A stretch of 63,747 nucleotides of DNA, filler included. It is 14 parts of 14 records of this genome, joined end to end, with 100 filler letters (N's around TTAATTAATTAA, not from the genome) between each part and the next. Parts side by side here need not be neighbours in the genome. Positions count along the whole stretch, not along the records: positions 24,780 to 28,523 come from SRR9670534_304; positions 28,624 to 33,831 come from SRR9670534_305; positions 33,932 to 36,558 come from SRR9670534_307; 11 more parts are not named here. One strand, given 5' to 3'. Made by a program: the position numbers and the translations under genes. Under the pieces are notes generated by a model that was given only the letters and a program-made list of their open reading frames with translations, was not told the DNA's origin and ran no database searches. Positions 25,058-36,532 of the stretch are shown here, in pieces (position 1 is the stretch's first letter; each line of letters opens with the position of its first letter).

Positions 25058-28000
25058 ATGAGTAACCAAGATTTGAAGGAATTTATTGAGGAAGCCAAAA
25101 GAAGACCTTTATCTGTTGTTGGTGAAAAAGTGTCTGAATCTGGTAAAATATTATCACAATATGCAATTGAGTTTAATTTAGCAAATTGTAATTATAACTA
25201 TATATTTATAATAATCATACCATCTTTATTAAATTATGTCGCCTTTTTGATACTTTTTGTTATTAACTTTAACTTAACCTAGACATCAAACACATATGGG
25301 ATTGCTTGGCAAGTTATGTTGAAAAACAAATGATTAGCAAAAAGGTGGGTGTTACCATACCTAACCTTGGCACTTTTACTTTCCAGAAAAAAACAATGGA
25401 CGTTGGAAACAATAAAATTATTGTTGTATATAGGCCAGTTTTTGCCATAAATGAAAAATTTGCTCAAACTCATGGTCTTCAGCAAACAAAATATCATGTT
25501 ACAGGTAGTTTGTATATGCATTAAAATAAATAAAGATAATAAAATCATGCAAAATTATTGACATTTTTTAATTCCTAACTTTAGGGGAAGTCAAAGTTCA
25601 GCCTTTAAACTTTTCCGCCTTAAGTCTTGAAACTCCATTTGACAGAACATTAACAGAACAATGTATTAAAGAAGTAACCACTGCATTTTCAAGAACAGTA
25701 AATGCCAAAGAAAATGTTCAACTTAATTTTCCTGGTGTTGGAAAATTATACGTTCGTGCTGGAAATATAAAAATGAAATTCTACAAAAGTTTTGTGGGAA
25801 GTATGGAGGATGCTGATTCTGTTTTGGGCAGTCTTATTGGGGTAAAATAGTTTTTCGTAAAATGTAAAATGTTGAGATGTGTGACTAAATCTAAATTAAA
25901 TTTTAGAGGACAGGAACTGCTGATTCAGTTATGACAGAAAGAGATACCCCTTTTCCTGGTAGTGGCAGAAAAACTGTATTATTGCCCTGTATTCCAAACA
26001 AAACTTCAGAACAAGTTAACACAATGCCAGCAATAGGAGAAGAAGAGGAACCAGAAAATATACCCGTTCCTGAAGACAAAGAAGCTGAAGGTGAAGAGAT
26101 GCCTAAAGATGACTTTGAAAAACCCCAAAATACTTCAATACCCCTTGCAGAAGCTTGCGATATTTCAACCATTCATGATCCGTTATTATTACATGAGGAT
26201 CTACAAATGCCTTCAGAACAAATGACAGGCCGTGAAGAAATTATAGACGCAAGTAACATTAAAAAGTAAGTATTCCGAATATTATATTAATACGTGCAAT
26301 AACGCTCTTTTTGTTATTAATTGTATGTGCGATCTTTGGCGTTACCATGGAGATCGTCATATAGATGAACCATTGTTCCTTTTGTTGTCAGACTTATTAA
26401 CAAGGAGCAATAAAGTAATCCCAAATAATGGCATACCTACCTATAAATTCGATAAACATTATTGGTAAGATGGTGTCAGACTTAGCACTCGAAAGCAAAG
26501 GATTAGTTGTTCAATTCCTCTATCAGTGGTTCAGTAGCTGCCACATGGAGTCCATGCTAGGACATAATAATATTGATAGTATTGATTTTAAAAAGAAGCG
26601 TATAGCTTTAGTAAATAATTACAATATAAGTTTTAAACTGAAAATTCACAACCAAAAATTAGAACATATTAAAATATATTAAACTATTGTACGCATTAAA
26701 TTTTAGCCTTCTTCCTCCCCCTCGTCCATCAGATTCACCTTATCAGGATCATGAAGGATGTGAACACGCAGACGCCGGACAAGAATTATGCTACTTGTGT
26801 CATCAAAGAGCAAGTAGGAACATTCACGTTAGTTACACTGATGAGAGAAAACGAAGAGACACCGAAGAAGCTAAAGCTTTACATCAGTATCAGCAGGTGA
26901 AACACATTGAAGAAACTATGAAAGAACAGGCTAGAAGAATTGGCCATAAAAAAGATTCGCAAAAGGTGTCTGCTTATAATTTAGGCGTTGCTGAAGCAAT
27001 TAAAGCTGAAAAATATAGCAAAGATACAGATTATCACGTAAGTTTTAACATAATTTAATAACATATTAACGTTACTATAGCAATTTACTCAAAATTGTCA
27101 GTAAGTTGGCTCACTATGATGACTTCCAGGAATGACTTCTCTGACGTTTCTCTAAACTTTAAAGTCTAAATAGAATATAAAAATCGATAACGTAGATAAA
27201 TAAAGCTAAAATCTAAAATCCATGTTAACTTAATATAAAGGTATAATAAATTATTATTAATAAAGTTATTGTTATTATTAATAACATTTAGTCTTCATAC
27301 ATTTTTGACAAAAGACCCTTAACGCCACCAAAATTTGTCAAATATAACCATCAATCACAACTGTTGGAAGGCCAAGTCAAATACAAAGAAGAGAGTCACT
27401 ACAAAGAAAAGGAAGAAAAAGAATTCATGGACAAACTGGAAAGGGTTCAAATCGCAGAAGAGTAAGTCATGCTTAACGTTGAACGGACATAAAAAGAACG
27501 AGCTAACAATAGCGACTTCTTTTAGCATTGCTGCAGAAAGGGAGTTGTTGGCAAAACGGAAGCAAGAAGAACGGGGAATGCTTCAAAGAGCTCTCTCAGC
27601 CCAACTTAAAATGAAACCTGCCCAATTGCCTGTTGGAGTTCCTGATACAGAAATTTTTGGCAAAAATGACATTACAGATGAAAAATTAATGGAGCGACGA
27701 AAGCGAGCTCAAGAATTTGCGAAATCTCAACAAGATGTATTTACACAACAAAAAAGAAGTACCTTACTCAAAATGCTTGACACTCAACAAAAGGAATCTG
27801 AAAGTATTCAAAGGGCAAAACAAGAGTAGGTTTTATTGGTGAAATTAAATAAAAAAGTCAATTTAAAATGGAAATAAATATTCATAACTTTAGATTGAAG
27901 GCAGACAGACTTGCACAATATCAAAGAAGCTTACAAAACAGGCTAAGACTAGAAGACGTTTGGCGACAATCTGTAGAAGCAAAGAAAAACCGGGATATGG

Positions 28001-28158
28001 AAGACAGACTAAGATCTTTGAGTCCAGGTGGTCTTGTGCATGAACAATGTGACAAATACCATCGCTGCAAACAGTGCAAACGAACTCTAGATAACGTTGG
28101 CTCTAGCAATATTTGGTGTGAAACCCGATACATTCCCGGAACTAGAATTATTGTCTAA
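25058..28158 (+). CDS. CCDC81: Coiled-coil domain-containing protein 81 (ciliary/centrosomal, N-terminal HU-like domains), multi-exon
   Basis: WDCLASYVEKQMISKKVGVTIPNLGTFTF...RPVF, ELCYLCHQRASRN, and the C-terminus CDKYHRCKQCKR...SNIWCETRYIPGTRIIV*. Confidence 0.9.
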
Positions 28159-28496
28159 TATCTAACTTATTGTTTTCTTATTAATTAACTAAATACAATA
28201 ATAAATAACATACTACATTGCAACAACATCATTATTAATGCAGTGCTATCTTTATCCTCATTGATTAACACACTATGTTATCAATAAAATAGTATTTTAT
28301 ATGTGTATGTTTATTTTATTGTTAGAATTATGTTGCTGCCAAGCTTTCTCGTATTTTTTGATATTTGATATTGCTGGTTATGATTGCAGATTAACCTTAT
28401 TGAATATTGTGGATAACTTAAATTTGAAATAAAACAAATTTTAGCAACATGTTAGAGTAATTATTTATAAAATGCTCTGCTAGGCTTTTACTCTGA

Positions 28497-28523
28497 GCCC
28501 AGTTAGCTCAGTCGGTAGAGCAT
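28497..28523 (+). tRNA. tRNA 5' fragment, most likely tRNA-Lys (cut by the contig end)
   Basis: GCCCAGTTAGCTCAGTCGGTAGAGCAT gives an acceptor 5' strand plus D-arm/A-box typical of eukaryotic tRNA-Lys. The anticodon is not visible, so a tRNA-derived SINE cannot be excluded. Confidence 0.7.
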
Positions 28524-28731
28524 NNNNNNNNNNNNNNNNNNNNNNNNNNNNNNNNNNNNNNNNNNNNTTAATTAATTAANNNNNNNNNNNNNNNNNNNNN
28601 NNNNNNNNNNNNNNNNNNNNNNNGAAGTCACGACAGCTTCCAAGCCTGGTTATACAGTCTGTAGTAATACAGCACAGTACACAGATACTATCTTATTGTA
28701 TAAGATAACAATCAATTATCATTGATAATAA

Positions 28732-30807
28732 TTATTGGAACAAACCAGTGGTCGCTGCAGAAGAAGTTGAACCAGCTGGATTGCATTTTTGGAAAAATTC
28801 TTTAATTTCTTTACCATCAGTACAATAAAGTACATTCCTTGTTGGAAGCTTTTTGACTTTGTATGTCTTGTTAACAAGACAATCACAATCTATGCCTTCA
28901 ATGTTTTGGGTTACATTGTCTCCAGCGAACAATTCAATTTCTTCAAATATAAATTGACTGTGCAGTTCATCAAAGTAAGCAAACAACTCTTTTGCATGAT
29001 CACCAGTATTCAAGTTATTCGTAAAAGCAAACACCAATCGTTTCTCGCTACTAATTATGATAGCAGTAGAAAATGCCTTGAAATGTTGTGCTTTGACTGG
29101 ATCCTTCTTCAAAAAGGCAAATAGCGATTCATCAATGTTCTTGCTGCTAATTATTTTACCATATTGTTCGAAGACAGCTTCACGGTCTTTGAATAGGGTT
29201 CCAAAGTTTGAATTTAACCCTTCTTCATAGAACAAGTTCAAAAATTCATCATTGCCATCGCCATGAATACAAGCTGCTGTTATCATTGCCAAATTTCCAT
29301 TTTTCACAGAGCAGTCTGGACTTGAAAAGTTTGCAGGTAATAAGGCCTTTTTATTAAGCCAAAGATTAAAGTTTTGGCTGTTAATTTTTAAGTCCTCGAA
29401 TATTGCTGGGTTTTTTTGGTGTGACGTTGTTAAGCTTAACCCCATGCTGTATATTCCAGCAATGCTACCATTTTCTATTTCTCTATTGTACGTGAAGATA
29501 TCATCCAATGAGATTTCTAGTGTCGAGCAGGAAACATTAGCCCAAGTAATAGTATTGTTTACTGTATAACGGCCGTGCACCGGTGCCTCAACATAATAAA
29601 ATATATCACTAAGATTACATCCAGTTTGATTGTAAAATTCATCTGACAGCACTTCTAAAATATCAGATAATTTGCAATCCAAGTTTTCCCAGGCTAAATT
29701 TAACACGAAATAATAAATGTCAATTTTTTTTAGTTGCGCCAATATCTTGCAGGACAATCTCATAATCATAGGATAAAATCTGTTGAATTTGTCAGCGTCG
29801 ATATATATACTAGTTACTTCATCATTATTAATGTAAATATTGGTCATGTTTTTGAAGGATTGAGGTTCATAATCTGCATAATCCCCTAGATAAATAATCC
29901 TGACCCAATCGTACTCATCACTAAAATCAGGAGCTTGCCAGTAATATTCAGTGTCAGGGTAACCTATGCATAGTTTCGTTTCAATCAGAGCATTGCGACC
30001 AATTTCTTCCAACTGGACAGTATGAATCAACCAAAGTTTGCTGATGTTCGCACCTTCTCCAATATTTATGCCACCAAGTTTTCCACCTTGATTTACTAAT
30101 TCAACATTAACGTTGTTTCCACTTTGCACCGAAAGTTGACCCTTTGTCAATCGTTGTGGCATGTCAATATATTTAAGCCACAACACAAATGTTCTGTCAA
30201 CTGTATCAGTTAAAGAATTGTCGTCAAAACTTAGGAAACCGTCTTCTATTATAATGTTAGCATAATGAGCACTCTCCTCTGACAGTATGAGAGAAAATTT
30301 GCGATTGTTATTATAGTCATCAGGAGCAGGAAAGTTGTTACTTTCACCATCAGCCTTCTTTAAATGAAAAATGACATTATGCATGTTATAATTGAGTTCA
30401 ATATGTACCACTTTTTCTCTCTTGACCCATCGTCCTTCTGGTCCATAGTTAGGAATAGCTCTAAATAACTGTAAAATGTTATCAATAGTTGTGTTTGCCT
30501 TCGTATCATAAATATTCGAAACTAGTAGCCCATAAGGGATTGCATCACGATCAGCCCTACATTCATTAAATGTCATATGATCAGTCCAGTTAGAAAGAAG
30601 TAATCCATACTGTGTAATAAATTCCGAGTGGCAAAGGCAGTCTTTTAAATCAACCAAAGGAGGATTGCAGCTTTCTCGAACTTGCAGACACTTACAAAGA
30701 CTTCTAGACGTAACATTCATTGTACTAGTCTGTGTTGCGATTTCTTCGGAGCTTGCTACCACAATGGATAAAGTAAATAGTCCAAGAACAGCTTTAAATT
30801 TCATCAT
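28732..30807 (-). CDS. Secreted, N-glycosylated, degenerate LRR-like protein with an LRRCT-like Cys cap
   Basis: Signal peptide MMKFKAVLGLFTLSIVVA, an N-terminal Cys cluster, many NxS/T sites, LRR-like pieces (LEEIGRNAL, YEPQSFKNMTNIYI) and C-terminal IDCDCL...LYCTDGKEIKEFFQKC. About 690 aa in one open frame. Confidence 0.6.
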   Translation of the reverse strand: MMKFKAVLGLFTLSIVVASSEEIATQTSTMNVTSRSLCKCLQVRESCNPPLVDLKDCLCHSEFITQYGLLLSNWTDHMTFNECRADRDAIPYGLLVSNIYDTKANTTIDNILQLFRAIPNYGPEGRWVKREKVVHIELNYNMHNVIFHLKKADGESNNFPAPDDYNNNRKFSLILSEESAHYANIIIEDGFLSFDDNSLTDTVDRTFVLWLKYIDMPQRLTKGQLSVQSGNNVNVELVNQGGKLGGINIGEGANISKLWLIHTVQLEEIGRNALIETKLCIGYPDTEYYWQAPDFSDEYDWVRIIYLGDYADYEPQSFKNMTNIYINNDEVTSIYIDADKFNRFYPMIMRLSCKILAQLKKIDIYYFVLNLAWENLDCKLSDILEVLSDEFYNQTGCNLSDIFYYVEAPVHGRYTVNNTITWANVSCSTLEISLDDIFTYNREIENGSIAGIYSMGLSLTTSHQKNPAIFEDLKINSQNFNLWLNKKALLPANFSSPDCSVKNGNLAMITAACIHGDGNDEFLNLFYEEGLNSNFGTLFKDREAVFEQYGKIISSKNIDESLFAFLKKDPVKAQHFKAFSTAIIISSEKRLVFAFTNNLNTGDHAKELFAYFDELHSQFIFEEIELFAGDNVTQNIEGIDCDCLVNKTYKVKKLPTRNVLYCTDGKEIKEFFQKCNPAGSTSSAATTGLFQ

Positions 30808-31600
30808 TAGCAAGAATTTTGATTTTTCTCAAAAATACAGCAAGCTTAAAACAATATTTTTTTGTTAATGAGCATGGCGTTTTTTAATTCAAGCATGAAG
30901 CGTTTATGGTTAATCAATAAATTGATCAATAATAATTAAACCAATTAAAGAGTTAATAAATTAACTCAATTATAATAATTATTCTCATAAATTATCAAGT
31001 AAATAGTAAATTAAAAATAAATCATTTGCCAACTAATAGGATGTGTAAACAATATTATTCCACATGCAAAATTGATTACACATGTCAAAATACAGTTTGG
31101 AAAAGATTTTACTCCCTAATCTATCTGGAATTTTAAGTTAACAGAGAAATCCTGTGGCAAAAGTTAGTTTTAAAAACTAAAATTTGACTTTTCACAAAAA
31201 CTAGATGTCGCCTTACGCGGTACTAGATATAATTATGATGACTCATTTCTCCACATTATTATTTATATTTTGCAAAATTACCATTATAATCTCATTTATT
31301 AATAGATAATTACCATTTATAATTAATAATAATATATCAAGTAATAATATAGAATAGAAAAAAAAACAAATATGATATAATAATCCCCGATAATGCTAAA
31401 TATATTATTAATAATAATAACAAAAATATTATTTATATGAAGTTCTAATAATTAACCATATCTTCTTCAAAATATAATATTTTCTAAAAACTCATGTAAC
31501 AAAAGGTATGCAAAACCAATAGGTATAGATAATAATCAAATATGGAATAATAAAGCTATATTATTATTATTAAATGCATATATCAACTATGTATATGAAA

Positions 31601-32545
31601 TCATGGTTGAGCCAATGGCAGAAAAGCTTTGCTTGGCCTGAGCCAATTCTCATCATCAGCATACTTACTGTTATTCATTTCAACACAATGGAAAGTGTAG
31701 ATCCACCTTGACTTATCCACACTCAGATTCGATTCACTTTTATGGACAACTTTACCATCAATAAGCACCAAGGTACCTGCTTTAACTGGAACTGTTACGT
31801 AACTTCCATAACTGTCATAATCAGCTGATTCAGAAATCTAAATTAAAGAAACTAATAATGTGTTCAAAATGAAATTAAAAAAAATTGAAAAAATTACCAA
31901 ATTTTCAAATTTCATGGTAACATTGCCATCTTCTGCCACAGCTTTCTTCCATCTTTTAGCCAATGGTGCTTTATGACTTCCTGGTATGAATGACATACAA
32001 GCATTTGTGACGTCAGCATCTTCTAATGCAATCCAAAAGCCAATCAATTTCGTGGGTTCATTGTATAAAAATGTACTATCCTGATGGGGTGTTACAACAC
32101 CCCCAATTTGGGGTGGCTTTAAAATGGCCATACTTTGTACACAAACAGCCTTCCCAAAACCCACAGCCTTGGCAATTGCACCAATTCTGGGATCTAGGGT
32201 AATTTCCCTGAAAATGGGGTTGTGGAAATGCAGGGCATGGGCAATCTTGTTGACAGAGTGGTATTTGGGCACTTTTAGGTTACCCTCATCATCAAATGCA
32301 TTTTCCTCAAAGAAACAACAAACTTTATCATTGCTATTGAGGAAATAATCGTTGACGTTTCTTTTGTTATCAACTGTGGTGAATAGAGCTTTGTAAGCTG
32401 TTTCTGGATCAAGGTCATCAAGAATGGATTTTATTTGTTGTTTTGCTCCTTCTATTTGTGCATTATTTAGAAAGTCAGGTAAAGCTGCATAGCCATTTTC
32501 TTCAAAATCGTGTTGCAGTTTCTCGAGATCTTCAGGTGATAGCAT
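31601..32545 (-). CDS. PHYHD1: Phytanoyl-CoA dioxygenase domain-containing protein 1 (2OG-Fe(II) oxygenase), two coding exons
   Basis: NKIAHALH, QSMAILKPPQIGGVVTPHQDSTFL (HxD), GFWIALEDA. Second exon VPVKAGTLVLIDGKVVHKSESN...SRWIYTFH...ENWL, stop TGA 31603-31601. Confidence 0.93.
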
Positions 32546-33710
32546 TTTTCTACCTAGAAATCGATAGGGTAATAGGTAATTTGACATGAAAGCACGAATG
32601 AATCATGTTTTACATGTTATATTCAAATTATCTATGAGAAACCGTTTCTTGGCAAGAGAAAGTGTATGAAGAAGATGATGTTCTACAAAAAGGTACATGC
32701 CTGGGCCAGACGTTCCGGTGCAAATTACAATGTATAATACCTACCTACCTATGTACATCGTAGATTATCTACCTACGTAATACAGTTTTAGGTACGCCAT
32801 GTTGTTATGCTCTATAGCTGATACAGATACTACGGTACACTGCTAGGTGCATACGGTAGTACCGTAACGGTACGCTATGACCTAGCGGCTAGATGCATAC
32901 AGTGCTCTAGGTACATACAGAGGGCCATGAGGACAACTTTTTAACAAAAGGTACAGTCTTGGCTTAATGTACATAATGTAACATACATACATACACACCT
33001 AGGTACATAATGTACAATAATACGCACATAGGTACATAAACAGGTACCTACATAATACGTAAATACATACATAGGTACATAATGTAACATAATACATAGA
33101 TATCTAGGTAGTAGGTGAGCCTGTACAGGTAAAGTTTAGGGGCCACGTAGCAAACACAAAAATATGTACATAGATACTGTGTATAATGTAAAACTCTGTA
33201 CTACAGCCTACTAATATGTAATCAGCAACCCCTTCCTCAAAGAATTAGGTATTCTGAATTTGGTTCCTATCCTGAAATAGGCTATTTATTACAATTGAAA
33301 CCCTTCAACTAGGTATGCTAGATTTATAAAATCTGATCTACTAATGAAGAATGAATATAATTGGGTTTCACTATATAAAATGTGAAAATGTATAAAATTT
33401 ACATAAATTTACATAATAGGTACTATATACTATATTTAATGTTATACATTATTTACTGTACTTTTATATCTATACATAATACTGTACATTGTACCCATAT
33501 CATATAGGCTATATGTAGAGTAAAACCTATGGTTACCTATCTAATAACATTTATTAAATTTATGTAAATTTTATTTAAATCAGTTAATTATAAAGCTTTA
33601 CTTGATATAAAGGTTCTTGCCTTACTGATCTTACTAAATAAATTATGTATTATATAGTTTACCTTACTAATTAATCTACTCTAATTATACTGTACAACAA
33701 AACTTCAGCA

Positions 33711-33831
33711 TTAACCCTTTAATGCTGGGATGATATTTTGAAGTTGCTCACTATATACAGGATAATATTTTCAAGTTGCTCGCTATATACGGGTAAACGC
33801 AAAATGTGTCCTAAAATTCTGGACGATTTTA
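33711..33831 (+). mobile_element. Probable piggyBac-like DNA transposon/MITE terminus
   Basis: TTAA followed by CCCTTT, then two ~32-bp subterminal direct repeats (tattttgaagttgctcactatatacagg / tattttcaagttgctcgctatatacggg), running into the contig end. The other end is not visible. Confidence 0.45.
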
Positions 33832-33931
33832 NNNNNNNNNNNNNNNNNNNNNNNNNNNNNNNNNNNNNNNNNNNNTTAATTAATTAANNNNNNNNNNNNN
33901 NNNNNNNNNNNNNNNNNNNNNNNNNNNNNNN

Positions 33932-35198
33932 TCCAAAGCACATCCAAGATCTGCCTCATCTTTTGCAAATAAATGTTCATACTTCTTAACTACAGCTTTA
34001 AATTTAGCTTTAAATTTATTTGAAACTTTAGAGTTATTAATTTCAAACAATTTCCAAAAGTCATTATTGTTAAAATCAATAATGTTATTTTGTACAAACT
34101 GCACTGGCCAATTTTCCATCTCTTTTCTACACTCATTCAATTCACCTTCCTTGAAAGGAATAATTTTGCCAAGCTTTTGATTTTGTTGTAACTCAATTGG
34201 TGTTATTGAAGGATTGTATACATAGACCATTTTGGTGTCTTGATTGAGTAAACCTTGTTGCACCTCAAAATTGCCTTTGGTTGTTTGTTTGTCATCATGC
34301 AGAATTTGATAGGTCAGGTCATTCTGTAATGAAGGAATGGAAACTGGTACTAGGTTCCACCGATAAGGCTCAATGTACGTATTTGATAAAACTCTGCAAA
34401 ACAAGTTAGATTGGGTCAAAGTACCTTGACCTTTTTCAATCATATGATCAGCAATACTGGTACTGTTTACCATATGAATTTCAGAAACTGTTGCCTTTGG
34501 ATTTACCTGCAAAATATCACCATACTCACTTACATTTACAGAGCTATTGGTAATACAATTCACAATTTCATCAGGTAGATGAAGTTTTGTTTCTAGTTCT
34601 AAAAATTCAAGTAGTAATTTGTTTTTCTTTAGAAATTCACAGCCACCAAGAAAGAAGTGATTCATCTCCACTACCAAATGGAATTTTTCTCTGAAACATG
34701 TAGCTGAAATGTTAAACTCAAAAGTTACACATCCCTTGATGGTAAGTGCTGTACTATTTAGAGTAGCACATATTAGGCTTGAAGGCTTGATGTCATTAAT
34801 TGAGTACACCTCAGGATGTTTTTGACATAACCAAAGAAAATAATTATAATTCATTAGGTTTTGCTGTGTTCCAGAATCCAAATCCATAATAGATGAAAAA
34901 TTAGAAGTTGATATGGTAACTGCTGTAGTAACATGAACCTCTTTAGGAATAAAGGCAACATTTGGTAAAAAATTATTTTTGTTATTAAAATCATGTGTAT
35001 TAAAATTACAAATGTTCTTATTGTTATTATTTTGATTAATAGAAAGTACATTACTTTTGTTATCATAAAAATCATAAGACTTACAATTATTATCAATCAC
35101 CTTATTGTCATATGCTTTATTTTTGATAAAATTTGTTGTTGTTGTAGGGCCTGACTTTAGGGAGCTGCACCATTGCCCCTCTGATGAGTCCCTTGAAA
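33932..35198 (-). CDS. pol: Gypsy pol N-terminus (aspartic protease, spacer, pre-RT segment), in the -1 frame relative to gag, 3'-truncated
   Basis: LDSGTQQNLM protease motif, FFLGGCEFLKKN, and the pre-RT segment VVKKYEHLFAKDEADLG. The frame is open upstream to the slippery site. Confidence 0.8.
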
Positions 35199-36320
35199 GT
35201 TTAAATTTTGATGCATTGCATTTGAAGGTCCCACCAATGATGACAAAGCTTCTGTCAAATTATCAATTTGAGTTTGACTCACTTGGTATTGCTGCTGATC
35301 AGAAAGGTTGTTATCCATTTGCCTGCTAGGATAAAAGTGCTGTTGTTGACCTCTTCTAGGAACAAAAGGTCTCCTGTTATAATTGCTAAAGAAAGGTCTG
35401 TTATAACTTCTGCCTCTAGAGTAATTATTGTAATTACCAAATGAATTTTGACCATAATTGTGTTGATAGTTATTATAATTACCTCTATAGCCTCTTTGTC
35501 CTCTATTACCCCTGTAATAGTTTCTACTTACATTTCCTCTATTATTATAGAATGGCCTTCTTCTTGGCTGTTGTTGCTGTCTTCCTCTTGGAAAATTCTG
35601 AAATCTGTTTGGCCTGTTAAATCCTCTGGGATACAAATTCACCTCAGATTGTTCTCCACTATTACTAGAAGCACCAACTCTTCTGGAAGTATCTGTTGTT
35701 GTTGCAGCTGCAGTACCTACTGGTGGTGTGATAGTAATGTTGACTTCTTGGGGTGGAGCTAAGGAACCACTCAATCTCAATACACTCTCTTCATTTTTAC
35801 ATGAAGTAATGAAATCTGTCATATTCATATCAGGTTGGTTTCTATTGATTCTGTTCACATGTTCCTTCATTTTAGGACTCCAAATATTTGCCCTAAGAAT
35901 TTCTTTTAGAATTTTTGTTACCTGATCTGTTGTGTAAGCAGGGTAGGCCTTTCTTGCCTTTACATTCATCAATTCAATGTAGTCTTCAACAGGTTGGTCA
36001 GATCTCTGTTTTAGTCCTTTCAATTGATCCTGTAGTATTTCAAAATCTCTGTCACCATATCTGCCTCTCAAAAAAGCAGCAGCAGCATCATATCTTCTAT
36101 TATTGAAGTTGGCAACCAGTTCAGCATCTGTTACAGTTCTCATGTGTAAAATCAGTAGTCTGGCAGGCTCTTGGTCCATTTGGCTAACAAGTAAAGCATA
36201 TTTTATATTATCATCTGCTATACCTTTCACTGTGCACATGCTGTTGAATCTCTCCAACCATACACCAATGTCATCTTTGCCATTGTAGAATGGTAAGTTT
36301 ACTTTTGTATTATCACCCAT
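35157..36320 (-). CDS. gag: Gypsy Gag
   Basis: LPFYNGKDDIGVWLERFNSMC, LKQRSDQPVEDY (major-homology-like region) and an Arg/Asn/Gly-rich nucleocapsid-like tail without a CCHC knuckle. First ATG at 36320; the frame is open to 36476. Confidence 0.85.
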   Translation of the reverse strand: MGDNTKVNLPFYNGKDDIGVWLERFNSMCTVKGIADDNIKYALLVSQMDQEPARLLILHMRTVTDAELVANFNNRRYDAAAAFLRGRYGDRDFEILQDQLKGLKQRSDQPVEDYIELMNVKARKAYPAYTTDQVTKILKEILRANIWSPKMKEHVNRINRNQPDMNMTDFITSCKNEESVLRLSGSLAPPQEVNITITPPVGTAAATTTDTSRRVGASSNSGEQSEVNLYPRGFNRPNRFQNFPRGRQQQQPRRRPFYNNRGNVSRNYYRGNRGQRGYRGNYNNYQHNYGQNSFGNYNNYSRGRSYNRPFFSNYNRRPFVPRRGQQQHFYPSRQMDNNLSDQQQYQVSQTQIDNLTEALSSLVGPSNAMHQNLNFQGTHQRGNGAAP

Positions 36321-36510
36321 TGGTTCTTCAGGAATTGGTTCAAATGGAAGTGGATTTCTTAATTGAGCTAATTGCTGAATTCTTGTTGACCTTCTAGGTT
36401 GTGCAATGTTTAAAGCTAGATTATGGAAAAATGGTGGAAAACAGGAGGGAACAAGAAGAAAATTTTGGACCCACAAAATCAGGAAGCAAAAAAGAAAAGA
36501 GTAGGAAAGA

Positions 36511-36532
36511 ACTTTGCCAGTGGTACCAACTG
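36511..36532 (-). other. Putative LTR 3' end (CA) and primer-binding site
   Basis: Minus strand ...TCTCA-GT-TGGTACCACTGGCAAAGT. TGG starts 2 nt after CA, upstream of gag. The primer tRNA was not identified. Confidence 0.5.

Noticed and set aside
31196-31230. AGATGTCGC...CTAG motif, also near 1467, as a Helitron end
   Set aside because: The shared match is only about 9 bp and there is no convincing terminal hairpin.
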